From: Kiritimatiellia bacterium
GTDB lineage: Bacteria > Verrucomicrobiota > Kiritimatiellia > RFP12 > JAAYLN01
Assembly (NCBI GenBank): GCA_017458965.1
Contig: JAFSZJ010000014.1
Location: 1-48,004, forward strand
Length of the DNA: 48,004 nucleotides
Reading direction: 5' to 3'
In this document: piece after piece, positions 19,105 through 27,865 of the stretch
Numbering within the stretch: the first letter of the stretch is position 1
Layout: each line of letters begins with the position of its first letter
Notes under the pieces: model-generated
Told to the model about the DNA's origin: nothing
What the model saw: the letters and a program-made list of their open reading frames with translations, nothing else
Database searches by the model: none
Position numbers and translations under genes: made by a program

Positions 19105-19791
19105 CATCCCCTCCACGACCTGGCCGTCCTTGATGTGGATGGTCGTCTTGGCATAGTCGCAGACCTCGGCGTCGTGGGTGACGAGGACGATGGTGATGCC
19201 CTCCTCGTCATTCAGGCGGCGGAACATGCGTAGGATCTCGTCGGTGGTCTTGGAGTCGAGGTTGCCTGTCGGTTCGTCGGCGAAGAGGATGCGCGGACGA
19301 TTGACGAGGGCGCGGGCTATGGCGACCCGCTGCTGCTGGCCGCCCGAAAGCTGGGCCGGGGCGTGGTCCATGCGGTCGGCCAGGCCCATTCGCGTCAGCA
19401 GTTCCTTTGCCCATGCGACGTTCTCCGCCTTCGGTCGGCGCTTGCGCTGGTACTCCAGCGGGAGGAGCACGTTCTGGAGCGCGGATGTGCGGGCGAGGAG
19501 GTTGAAGTTCTGGAAGACGAAACCGATGCGTTCGTTGCGGATGTCGGCGCGGTCGTTCGCGCTCAGGCGCGACACGTCGCGTCCGTCGAAGAAGTAGTCG
19601 CCCCCCGTGGCGACATCCAGAAAGCCAAGGATGTTCATGAGCGTACTCTTGCCCGAACCGGAGGCGCCCATCAGCGCGACGAGATCGCCCTCGGCGATGG
19701 AGAGCGACACACCCTTCAGGACTTCGACGCCCTCGCCGCCGCCGAGGCGGTAGGTCTTTCGCAGATCTTTGAGCTCTATCAGATTGGCCAC
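19096..19791 (-). CDS. ABC transporter ATP-binding protein (MacB/LolD-type)
   Basis: [39 protein letters not shown] start at 19791. Confidence 0.88.
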   Translation of the reverse strand: MANLIELKDLRKTYRLGGGEGVEVLKGVSLSIAEGDLVALMGASGSGKSTLMNILGFLDVATGGDYFFDGRDVSRLSANDRADIRNERIGFVFQNFNLLARTSALQNVLLPLEYQRKRRPKAENVAWAKELLTRMGLADRMDHAPAQLSGGQQQRVAIARALVNRPRILFADEPTGNLDSKTTDEILRMFRRLNDEEGITIVLVTHDAEVCDYAKTTIHIKDGQVVEGMFR

Positions 19792-19874
19792 GCCCGAAAT
19801 GCTATCACAAGCCTTGGCGCATCGGGGGGAAATGCGTACGCCCGATTCCGGCGGCGGACATGCGCGTTATGGCG

Positions 19875-19880
19875 TATAAT
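19875..19880 (+). promoter_or_regulatory. candidate -10 box TATAAT upstream of pheS
   Basis: Read directly, 29 nt upstream of ATG 19910. No convincing -35 element. Confidence 0.3.
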
Positions 19881-19909
19881 GTTGAAGATTGAATCCGGAA
19901 TCGAAGAAC

Positions 19910-20929
19910 ATGAACCTCGAAGAACTTGAAGCATTGAAGTCCGAGTCGCTGGAGGCCGTGAAGGCCGCGGCCGATGCCGCCGCGCTTGAGGCGGTCCGCG
20001 TGAAGTACCTTGGCAGGAGCGGAACCGTCACGGCAGTGATGAAGAGCCTCAAGGATGTGCCACCGGCCGAGCGCCCCGCCTTCGGCAAGGCCGCGAACGC
20101 CCTGCGCCAGGCCGTCGAGGCCGCCATCGCGGAACGCCAGGCCGCGCTTGCCTCGGAAGAGACAGCGTCCGGTCCTGCATTCGACTACACGATGCCGGGG
20201 CGCTGGTCGGAAAGCGGCTCGCTCCACCCGCTCTCAATGGTAGTCAAGGAGGTCGCGCGCATTTTCTCGCGCATCGGCTTCACCGTCGCGGACGGCCCGG
20301 ACATCGAGACGAAGTTCAACAACTTCACCGCTCTAAACACAGCGCCGCACCATCCTTCGATGGACCAGTCCGACACCCTCTGGATCACGGACGACCTCCT
20401 TCTCCGCACGCAGACCTCTCCGGTTCAGATCCGCGCCATGCTCGCGCGCAAGCCGCCGGTCCGCATCATCTGCCCCGGCCGCACATACCGGCGCGACACG
20501 ATGGATGCGACGCACAGCGCCAACTTCCACCAGATCGAGGGCCTCTATGTCGATACTAAGCCCGTATCGCTAGCAGACCTCAAGGCGACGCTCGCCTATT
20601 TCGCCCGCGAGATGATGGGCGAGGGCATCGGCGTCCGTTTCCGTCCGCACTTCTTCCCGTTCACCGAGCCGTCGGTTGAGGTCGATTTCACCTGCCATGT
20701 CTGCGGCGGCAAGGGGTGCCGCGTATGCAAGCAGTCCGGGTGGATCGAGGTCGCAGGCGCCGGCATGGTCGATCCGCGGGTCTATCGCCATGTAGGCTAC
20801 GACCCCGAAAAGGTCTGGGGCTACGCCTTCGGCTTCGGCGTCGAGCGCATCGCCATGATCAAATACGGCGTGCCCGACATCCGCTACTTCTACGAGAACG
20901 ACCTGCGCTTCCTGAAGCAGTTCCGCTAG
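19910..20929 (+). CDS. pheS: phenylalanine--tRNA ligase alpha subunit
   Basis: FHQIEGL, FPFTEPSVE and GFGVERIAMIKYG motifs. ATG 19910 (MNLEELEALK) is preferred over TTG 19889. Confidence 0.93.
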   Translation: MNLEELEALKSESLEAVKAAADAAALEAVRVKYLGRSGTVTAVMKSLKDVPPAERPAFGKAANALRQAVEAAIAERQAALASEETASGPAFDYTMPGRWSESGSLHPLSMVVKEVARIFSRIGFTVADGPDIETKFNNFTALNTAPHHPSMDQSDTLWITDDLLLRTQTSPVQIRAMLARKPPVRIICPGRTYRRDTMDATHSANFHQIEGLYVDTKPVSLADLKATLAYFAREMMGEGIGVRFRPHFFPFTEPSVEVDFTCHVCGGKGCRVCKQSGWIEVAGAGMVDPRVYRHVGYDPEKVWGYAFGFGVERIAMIKYGVPDIRYFYENDLRFLKQFR

Positions 20930-21753
20930 GACGCGAGCGCCTTGAGGGTGGCGAGGGCCGTGGCCAGCTTCTCGCGGCGGGGGCGCTCGTCGCCCTTGGC
21001 ATCCCATGAGCACTCGCACGAGACGCCGTCGGAGTAGCCGATCTTCTTCAGCGCGTCGAAGTAGGGCTTCAGCTCGGCCGGGTCGCCGGCGCCGGGGAAG
21101 AGTCGCGTCTTGTTCTGCGCCACATGGCAGTGCATAAGGCTGGACCCGGCGCGCACTACGGACTCGGCGCTTTCGCGGCCCATCATCATGTGGTAGAAGT
21201 CGGCAAGCTGCCGGATGCGCGGCGAGCCGATCTCATCGACTATCTGCATGCCCTGCCAGACATACTGGACGATGTTCGATTCGCTCGGACGGAGAGGCTC
21301 GATTACGACGACCACCTTGCAATCGTCGATGCGCTTGGCGAGCTGGGCGCAGAAGTCGGCGAACTGGTCGCGCCCATCCTCTATCTGGAAGCCGGCGGGT
21401 ACATTGCGGGCGCCTCCCGATCCGAAGACGATGCGCCTGATGCCGACAATGTCGGCGCGGCGGCATGCGCGCTCCGCATAGTCGAGCGCCGGCGGGAAGT
21501 CGGCCGCCGGCCCAGTCAGGCGGAACGAGCCGGGGAGGAAGCAGTTGCACGCCAGGACCGGTAGCGGTGCCGCAAGCACCTTGTCGCGCATCGGCGCCCA
21601 TTCCTCGTCGGACTTGTCTGGCTGCAGGGCGACGCCGACTGACATCTCGGCGTAGTCGAAGCCGACGTCCCGCATCTCCTCCATCTCCGCGAAGTCGCAG
21701 GTGCATGATCCGAACAAAATCCTGTTGCCGCTATTCATAGTTCCGTTCTCCAA
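20926..21753 (-). CDS. sugar phosphate isomerase/epimerase (xylose-isomerase-like TIM barrel)
   Basis: 275 aa with the typical layout (FDYAE..., IVFGSGGAR, VVIEPL, HCHVAQ) of the AP-endonuclease-2/xylose isomerase-like fold. Family-level call only. Confidence 0.55.
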   Translation of the reverse strand: MENGTMNSGNRILFGSCTCDFAEMEEMRDVGFDYAEMSVGVALQPDKSDEEWAPMRDKVLAAPLPVLACNCFLPGSFRLTGPAADFPPALDYAERACRRADIVGIRRIVFGSGGARNVPAGFQIEDGRDQFADFCAQLAKRIDDCKVVVVIEPLRPSESNIVQYVWQGMQIVDEIGSPRIRQLADFYHMMMGRESAESVVRAGSSLMHCHVAQNKTRLFPGAGDPAELKPYFDALKKIGYSDGVSCECSWDAKGDERPRREKLATALATLKALAS

Positions 21754-21783
21754 GTAGGTGCCGATGATTCTATCATAGCCGTG

Positions 21784-23361
21784 TCAGTAGGCCGCCATGC
21801 GCATCGAGGCCGAAGCGCCGTCAGGTGACCTTGACAGCAGAACCGCGACGCGGCACGGCGCCGCGAAGGTAGCGAGGAACCTGTCAGCCGCCTCTATGAT
21901 GGACCTGTCGCCGGCATCGAGCCGCACGATGCCGAGCATAGTCGCCATGCGGGAGAGCGCGAGTATCTGCCGGCATTCGTCCGCAAGTCGGGAGAAATCA
22001 ATCCAAAGGTATCCGACCGGCATTCCGTCCGCGTCGTTCGCGGCGTTGGCATCGAACCATTCGCGCCATGGCGCCGATTCCGGCGCGGCGGCCGCGCGCT
22101 GCGCTTTGAAGCTGGCCATCGACGAGCAGAAGGTAAGACCATGGTTCCTGCGGTCAAGTTCGAAGACCCCGTTCTCCTCCGGGTATGTCTTGAATACGGC
22201 GTTGCCTTTTTGCCAGCGCAAGGGCACAAGAAGACTTCCACCCTCGTCCATAGGCGACTGCATCTGCGGGTACTTGCCTCCGTTCGCCATCATCGCGATG
22301 GCATGGGCGACGTCATCCTTCGAAAGCACCAGCCCGGGGCAGAGGATCGTCAGCGCCGGAATCCGGATTCCGAATAGCGATCCGCCACATGGCGCACCCG
22401 ACAGATATGCCACGGCATCTTCCTTGCCGGCGTTCTCGAGAGGTGGCGCGCTGATCGCCAGCAGGTTCTCTATGTCCTTGGCGGCTGCGGCGCCTGGAAG
22501 GGCGAGAATTGCGAACGCACCGTCGGCATCAAGCGCCGAGGCCTTCGCGTTCCTGCCCGTCAGCCGACCGGCCGAGGCCATCCTTTTGGCCATATCGCCC
22601 TGAAGCGTCACATCCCCGTCCGCGACGAAACGTCCGCGCGCGAGTTCCAGGACGCGGATCTCCGGCGAGGAGCCGAAGTGCCCGTCGCGTATCCAGACGC
22701 GGTGAAGCGTACGGCCGCGGCTCTCCCATGGACGCCGTCCGCCGAAGACCGTGGATGGTCCGGCATCCTCATCGATGCGTCGTTCCAGCTCGCGGACGGC
22801 GTCGCCATCGGTGGAAAGGGCGGCGAGAAGGACGTTCTTGCGCATCGCGAAGCCTACCTTGAGGTCGCTAGGATGGCGTTCGGTGCCTAGCGGCAGATAG
22901 CGCGATCCGCCTGGCGCGATTTCAAGGCGTCCAAGACCGGGGATCCAGCGCGTCTTCAGCAGAAAGAGCAGTACGAGCCTACGCCATCCCGCATGGCTTG
23001 CGCCGTATAGGATCGGGTCTCCGCCGACATCGGGGGACGGCGTCACCGCGAGCACCGTGTTCCGTCCGGTCGTCAGCGGGATGAGGATGCGCCAGCCTGG
23101 AGCGTCGCGCAATTCCGCCACATCGACGCCTGTCGCCTCGAGGAGGTTCGACACGGCAGGAAGCGACACCACGTCGCGCCACCGCGACCTCACGGAGAAG
23201 TTGTCGCATGCCACGACCGACTCCTCCGGCATGGCGGCGTAGGGCACGGACGGGAACTCGCGCGAATGGGCGAGAAGGACGATCACCGCAAGCAGCGCCC
23301 ATGGCATCGCACGGTAAAGGCGCCAGCGTACATTCTGCATTGTGCATTCTGCATTGTGCAT
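21784..23361 (-). CDS. hypothetical membrane-anchored/secreted protein
   Basis: Long ORF with a hydrophobic N-terminus (MPWALLAVIVLLAHS) and no motif I recognise. The start is ambiguous: in-frame ATGs at 23361 and 23340 (inside the heptamer array) and at 23307. Confidence 0.5.
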   Translation of the reverse strand: MHNAECTMQNVRWRLYRAMPWALLAVIVLLAHSREFPSVPYAAMPEESVVACDNFSVRSRWRDVVSLPAVSNLLEATGVDVAELRDAPGWRILIPLTTGRNTVLAVTPSPDVGGDPILYGASHAGWRRLVLLFLLKTRWIPGLGRLEIAPGGSRYLPLGTERHPSDLKVGFAMRKNVLLAALSTDGDAVRELERRIDEDAGPSTVFGGRRPWESRGRTLHRVWIRDGHFGSSPEIRVLELARGRFVADGDVTLQGDMAKRMASAGRLTGRNAKASALDADGAFAILALPGAAAAKDIENLLAISAPPLENAGKEDAVAYLSGAPCGGSLFGIRIPALTILCPGLVLSKDDVAHAIAMMANGGKYPQMQSPMDEGGSLLVPLRWQKGNAVFKTYPEENGVFELDRRNHGLTFCSSMASFKAQRAAAAPESAPWREWFDANAANDADGMPVGYLWIDFSRLADECRQILALSRMATMLGIVRLDAGDRSIIEAADRFLATFAAPCRVAVLLSRSPDGASASMRMAAY

Positions 23362-23372
23362 CGTGCATTACC
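23331..23372. repeat. 6 x 7-nt tandem repeat CAT(T/C)(C/G)TG (minus strand CA(G/C)(A/G)ATG)
   Basis: cattctg cattgtg cattctg cattgtg catcgtg cattacc. It spans the cpaF stop and the 5' end of the next ORF. Confidence 0.9.
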
Positions 23373-25098
23373 TCACCGCATCGGGCTGGAAGATGGCCGG
23401 ATCCAGCGTCAGCCCGCGCGACTTGATCTGCTCGAAGAAAGTCGGGACGGACCCGGTCGGGGTGAGGCGGCCTATGATGCGCCCGTCCGCATCGACGCCC
23501 GTCTGGCGGAACTCGAAGATGTCCTGCATGACGGTCTGGGTGCCTTCAAGGCCGAGCACTTCGGTGATGTTGGTGATGCGTCGGCTACCGTCGCTCAGTC
23601 GCGACTCGTGGACGATCAGATCGACTGCCGACGAAATCTGCTCGCGTATGGCGCGGGATGGCAGGTCGAGTCCCGACATGAGCACCATCGTCTCGAGGCG
23701 GGAGACGACGTCGCGAGGTGAGTTGGCGTGGACCGTCGTTAGCGAGCCGTCATGGCCGGTGTTCATAGCCTGGAGCATGTCGAGGGCCTCGCCGGAACGG
23801 CATTCGCCAACGATTATGCGGTCGGGTCGCATACGGAGGGCGTTGCGGACTAGGTCGCGGATCGTGACCGCCCCGCGTCCCTCGATATTGGGTGGACGGG
23901 CCTCAAGGCGGACGACATGCGGCTGCGTGAGCCGAAGTTCGGCGGCGTCCTCGATGGTGACGACGCGGTCGCTGTCCGGAATGAACGACGACAGGACGTT
24001 GAGGAGCGTCGTCTTTCCTGAACCCGTGCCGCCGGCCACTATGATGTTCTTGCGCATCCTAACGCAGACGCGGAGGAACTCCGCCATGTCGCGCGTCCAG
24101 GTCCCGAATCGGACGAAGTCGTCCTCCGTCAGCGGCGTCTTGGAGAACTTGCGGATGGTGATGCACGGGCCGATCAGGGAGAGCGGCGGTATGATCGCGT
24201 TCACGCGCGAGCCGTCCGCGAGGCGAGCGTCCACGTATGGCTGGCTCTCGTCGATGCGGCGCCCTATCGGCGAGACGATGCGCTCGATGATCGCCAGCAC
24301 GGAGGCGTCGTCCATGAACGTCTGACCGGTCAGAACCAGCTTGCCCTTGCGCTCGACATAGACCTGGTTCGGGCCGTTGACCATGATCTCGGTGATGGAG
24401 TCGTCCGCGAGGAAGGCCTCAAGCGGGCCGAGGCGCAGTGCCTCGGTGTAGATCTCGGCGGCGAGCAACCTTGGGTCGATATCCTTCGGAAGCTTGTCGC
24501 GCACCTCCATGATGATCGCCCCGAGCGTCTCCTTGGCGCGCTTGTCGAGTTCCGCGCTTGATGCGCGCGAAGCGGACAGGCGCTTCAGATCGAGCCTCTG
24601 GATGAGCTCGCGGTGGATCTGGTTCTTGATCGCGCGACGGGCCTCGTCGGCGGCGGAGTTGGTGGAAGGTGGAGGAGTAGGAGGTGGAGGAGTGGAGGAG
24701 TTGGGAAGTGGGGGAGTGGAGGAGTGTGAGAGTGGAGGAGTGGAGGAGTGTGAGAGTGGAGGAGTGGCGGAGACGGGTGGTTGGGTGGTTGGGGCGGGGG
24801 GAAGGGATTCGACATGGATCATGTATGGACCTATGGCGATGTCCGAACCTTCGGCCAGCAGCGTCTTGCCGGATGCCTTCTGACCGTCCACCCAGGTGCC
24901 GTTGCTAGACGCGAGGTCCTCGATGCACGAAGCCCCTGGCGCGATGTGCAGGACCGCGTGCGCCTCGCTCACTTCCTGGTCGCGCAGGCGGATGCGGCAC
25001 TTTTCGCCGCGTCCTATCGCGTACTCTCCGGGCGGGAGCGAGCATGGGAATGGCGCCGCCCCGGCCTGTGATATCGTGATCTTCGCCTGCTGCGCCAT
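23368..25098 (-). CDS. cpaF: FHA-domain-fused CpaF/TadA-family type II/IV secretion ATPase
   Basis: N-terminal FHA-like segment (YAIGRGEKCRIRLRDQEVSEAHAVL...SSNGTWVDG). Pro/Ser-rich linker. ATPase core with Walker A GGTGSGKTTLLN and IIVGECRSGEALDMLQAMNTGHDGSLTTVHANSP. Confidence 0.85.
   Translation of the reverse strand: MAQQAKITISQAGAAPFPCSLPPGEYAIGRGEKCRIRLRDQEVSEAHAVLHIAPGASCIEDLASSNGTWVDGQKASGKTLLAEGSDIAIGPYMIHVESLPPAPTTQPPVSATPPLSHSSTPPLSHSSTPPLPNSSTPPPPTPPPSTNSAADEARRAIKNQIHRELIQRLDLKRLSASRASSAELDKRAKETLGAIIMEVRDKLPKDIDPRLLAAEIYTEALRLGPLEAFLADDSITEIMVNGPNQVYVERKGKLVLTGQTFMDDASVLAIIERIVSPIGRRIDESQPYVDARLADGSRVNAIIPPLSLIGPCITIRKFSKTPLTEDDFVRFGTWTRDMAEFLRVCVRMRKNIIVAGGTGSGKTTLLNVLSSFIPDSDRVVTIEDAAELRLTQPHVVRLEARPPNIEGRGAVTIRDLVRNALRMRPDRIIVGECRSGEALDMLQAMNTGHDGSLTTVHANSPRDVVSRLETMVLMSGLDLPSRAIREQISSAVDLIVHESRLSDGSRRITNITEVLGLEGTQTVMQDIFEFRQTGVDADGRIIGRLTPTGSVPTFFEQIKSRGLTLDPAIFQPDAVR
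24657..24800 (-). repeat. 8-nt phased purine-rich repeat (plus strand AGTGGAGG / AGTGTGAG) with an exact 24-nt tandem duplication
   Basis: 24715-24738 equals 24739-24762 exactly (agtggaggagtgtgagagtggagg). It encodes PPLSHSST PPLSHSST PPLPNSST in the FHA-ATPase linker. Confidence 0.9.
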
Positions 25099-25122
25099 GT
25101 ACGCCCCCTGTCGCCGAAACCG

Positions 25123-26166
25123 TTAGAAGAACATCTTCGCCACCGCGAGCAGCCCCTGCTTCCACGGGACGCGGTGCGACACGCCGCTCTTGCCCTTGAA
25201 CTCGTCGAGGTGCTCCACGTACCACTCGTAGTTGCGGACAAGCGCCTGTTTGTTGGAGTACTTCGGCGAGAAGCCGAGGATCATCTCGGCCTTCTCGATC
25301 GAGACGAAGCTGTCCTTCGAGGCCGTCTCATACACCCATGGGTAAAGCGGCGAGAGGTGGAGCATCTCGAGTATGCGCAGAATGAAGATCAGAAGACCGG
25401 CGGGCATCCCGACGACATGCTTGCCGTATCCGGCGCGGTCGAGGACGGCCTGGTAGTCCTCCTTCATCGTGGTGTACTCCTTTGCGCCGATGTTGAAGGT
25501 TTCGTTCACCTTCTCCTTCGGGAGCGTAAGTGTGAGCCAGATGGCGTCGTCGAGGTCATCAACGTCCATGAGCTGGTAGCGGTTGTTTCCGCTGCCTATC
25601 ATCGGGAAACCGTGGCCCGTGTAGGCCCAGTCGTAGAAGAGGGCGAAGACGCCGAGGCGCTCCGGTCCTATGAAACTCTTCGGGCGGAGGATCGGGACGC
25701 ACATGCCGCGCTTGCGCGCATCCATCGCCACTTCCTCGGCCTTGATCTTGGCGTGGCCGTAGGGGCCGACGCCGATCAAAGGATCGGACTCGTAGAGCGG
25801 GTGGTGGTCCGGGACGCCATAGACCGCCGTCGATGAGATGTCGACGACCCTCTCGACTCCCTCCTCTTCGGCGGCCATGAGGACGTTCTTCATGCCGTCG
25901 ATCTCCGTTGAGTAGATGTCCTTCTCCGAGTAGAGCGGGAGCGCGGCGGCGGTATGGACCACCCACTTCACGTCCTTCATCACGCGGCGCACCATCTCAA
26001 GGTCGCGCACGTCGCCCAGTACGCAATCGACCTTGTCCTTTTCGGGATAGTCGAACGGCGCTATGTCGAGCGAACGTATCTTCGTCTCGCCATGGGCCAT
26101 CAGATGGCGAATCAGGTTAATGCCGAGGAAACCGCTTCCACCGGTGACGAGCACCCATTCCTTCAT
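25123..26166 (-). CDS. NAD-dependent epimerase/dehydratase (extended SDR)
   Basis: VLVTGGSGFLGINL Rossmann motif and YGHAK (YxxxK). ATG 26166 (MKEWVLVTGG) is preferred over 26184. Confidence 0.8.
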   Translation of the reverse strand: MKEWVLVTGGSGFLGINLIRHLMAHGETKIRSLDIAPFDYPEKDKVDCVLGDVRDLEMVRRVMKDVKWVVHTAAALPLYSEKDIYSTEIDGMKNVLMAAEEEGVERVVDISSTAVYGVPDHHPLYESDPLIGVGPYGHAKIKAEEVAMDARKRGMCVPILRPKSFIGPERLGVFALFYDWAYTGHGFPMIGSGNNRYQLMDVDDLDDAIWLTLTLPKEKVNETFNIGAKEYTTMKEDYQAVLDRAGYGKHVVGMPAGLLIFILRILEMLHLSPLYPWVYETASKDSFVSIEKAEMILGFSPKYSNKQALVRNYEWYVEHLDEFKGKSGVSHRVPWKQGLLAVAKMFF

Positions 26167-26171
26167 TTTCT

Positions 26172-27272
26172 TCAATCCTTCCATTCAGATACAATGCCTA
26201 CAAGCTCGCGGACGGCGTACGCCTCAGGTATCCGCCTGACGAATTCGCCCTTGACATAAAGCGCGAAGACGCCTTCGCCGCCGGCTATGGCGACATCGGC
26301 CTCGCGCGCCTCGCCGGGACCGTTGACCACGCACCCCATGACCGCGACATGCGGGCGGGGCGCGTCGGGATGGGCGCGGTAGTGCGCCTCAAGGGCATCC
26401 TCGACCTTGCGGGCGACGCCTATCACGTCGACGCGCGTGCGTCCGCATGTCGGGCACGAGGTGACATGCGGCCCGGGTGCCCGCAGACCAAGCGCGCGCA
26501 GCAGTTCGACGCCGACACGCACCTCCTGCTCGGGAACGTCCGTGAGCGAGACGCGGATGGTGTCGCCGATACCTTCCGAGAGGAGCTGCCCCATCGCCAC
26601 GCAGGAACGGACCGTGCCGGCCAGGAACGTCCCGGCCTCGGTTACGCCCACATGGAGCGGCCAGTCGGTCTTCGTCGAGAGCAACCTATACGCCGCGAGA
26701 GTCCGTGGCACGTCCGACGCCTTCACCGAGATCTTTATCGCCTCGCAACCCTCGTCTTCGAGGATACGTACATGGCCAAGTGCGCTCTCGACAAGCGCCT
26801 CCGGGGTGGCGGAGCCGTACTTGGCAAGGATGCCTTTCTCAAGTGACCCGCCATTGACGCCGACCCGGATGGGGATGCGGCGGGAGTTGGCGGCGGACAC
26901 GACCTCGCGAACTTTCGCCGTGTCGCCGATGTTGCCGGGGTTGATGCGCAGTCCGTCGATGCCAGCTTCGATGGCCGCGAGGGCGAGACGCCAGTCGAAG
27001 TGTATGTCCGCGACGAGCGGCACGCCATCTGTCCGCCGCCGTATCTCCGTGAGGGCCTTCGCGGCCTCCATGTCCGGCACCGCCAGGCGGACGATGTCGC
27101 ATCCGAGATCCATGCAGCGCCTTATCTGGTCCGCCGTCGCCACGGCGTCGCGGGTGTCGGTGTTGCACATCGTCTGCACCGACACCGGCGAGTCGCCTCC
27201 TATGCCGACGCGCCCCAGCATGAAATGGCGCGTCCTTCGTCTTTCTGTCCGCCGTTCTTGCACAATGCGCAC
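26172..27272 (-). CDS. ispG: 4-hydroxy-3-methylbut-2-en-1-yl diphosphate synthase
   Basis: RRTRHFMLGRVGIGGDSPVSVQTMCNT, VADIHFDWRLA, LRINPGNIGD and C-terminal Cys ligands (SCPTCGRT, MGCVVNGPGE). The start is uncertain: GTG 27272 or 27263 fit homologue length, and ATG 27341 is the next alternative. Confidence 0.88.
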   Translation of the reverse strand: MRIVQERRTERRRTRHFMLGRVGIGGDSPVSVQTMCNTDTRDAVATADQIRRCMDLGCDIVRLAVPDMEAAKALTEIRRRTDGVPLVADIHFDWRLALAAIEAGIDGLRINPGNIGDTAKVREVVSAANSRRIPIRVGVNGGSLEKGILAKYGSATPEALVESALGHVRILEDEGCEAIKISVKASDVPRTLAAYRLLSTKTDWPLHVGVTEAGTFLAGTVRSCVAMGQLLSEGIGDTIRVSLTDVPEQEVRVGVELLRALGLRAPGPHVTSCPTCGRTRVDVIGVARKVEDALEAHYRAHPDAPRPHVAVMGCVVNGPGEAREADVAIAGGEGVFALYVKGEFVRRIPEAYAVRELVGIVSEWKD

Positions 27273-27333
27273 ATTGTACGCCACGCCTCCGCTGCGGTAA
27301 AGCCTTTTCAACAAGAGTAGAGATCGTTGCTCC

Positions 27334-27362
27334 TTGAGCATCGGCGTCAGTAGCAATATAAT
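27334..27362 (+). promoter_or_regulatory. candidate sigma70 promoter TTGAGC - 17 nt - TATAAT
   Basis: Hexamers at 27334-27339 and 27357-27362, 42 nt upstream of ATG 27405, which has an AAGGTGGG Shine-Dalgarno. Confidence 0.45.
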
Positions 27363-27404
27363 GCGTGGCGGGCAACGACATGTCCAAGAAGCGCAAGGTG
27401 GGCG

Positions 27405-27857
27405 ATGATACACGACTGCATAGACAACATTGGGTTTTACAGCGGAATGGGCGCCCGGATCCGTACGGCGCTTGAGTGGCTATGCGCCAATGGTGCGTCT
27501 TGCGAACCCGGCGATCCGATCCCGGTCGCGGACGGCGTCGTGGCGCGTCCGGCGCGATACGTGACGCATCCGGCCGATTCTTCGCGCTATGAGTTTCACC
27601 GCCGCTTCATTGACGTGCAGTTCGTCGCCGAAGGCGATGAGACCGTCCTTGTCGCGCCAGTGGCGGAGACGCATCCCTCTGCCCCATTCGACGAGGCGGC
27701 GGATGTCGGCTTCGGCGCCGCTGACGGAATGCCGATCCGGCTCTGCGCCGGCGAGTTCCTGATCCTCTGGCCGCACGAGGCCCACCAGCCGGGCGTCGTG
27801 GCGGACAATGGGCCTGCGGCAGTTAGGAAGATCGTGGTCAAGGTCGCCGTCGGCTGA
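27405..27857 (+). CDS. YhcH/YjgK/YiaL (EbgC-like, DUF386) family protein
   Basis: MIHDCIDNIGFY... start, FHRRFIDVQFVAEGDE and FLILWPHEAHQPG segments are characteristic of this cupin-like family. Confidence 0.65.
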   Translation: MIHDCIDNIGFYSGMGARIRTALEWLCANGASCEPGDPIPVADGVVARPARYVTHPADSSRYEFHRRFIDVQFVAEGDETVLVAPVAETHPSAPFDEAADVGFGAADGMPIRLCAGEFLILWPHEAHQPGVVADNGPAAVRKIVVKVAVG

Positions 27858-27865
27858 ATTAAACT

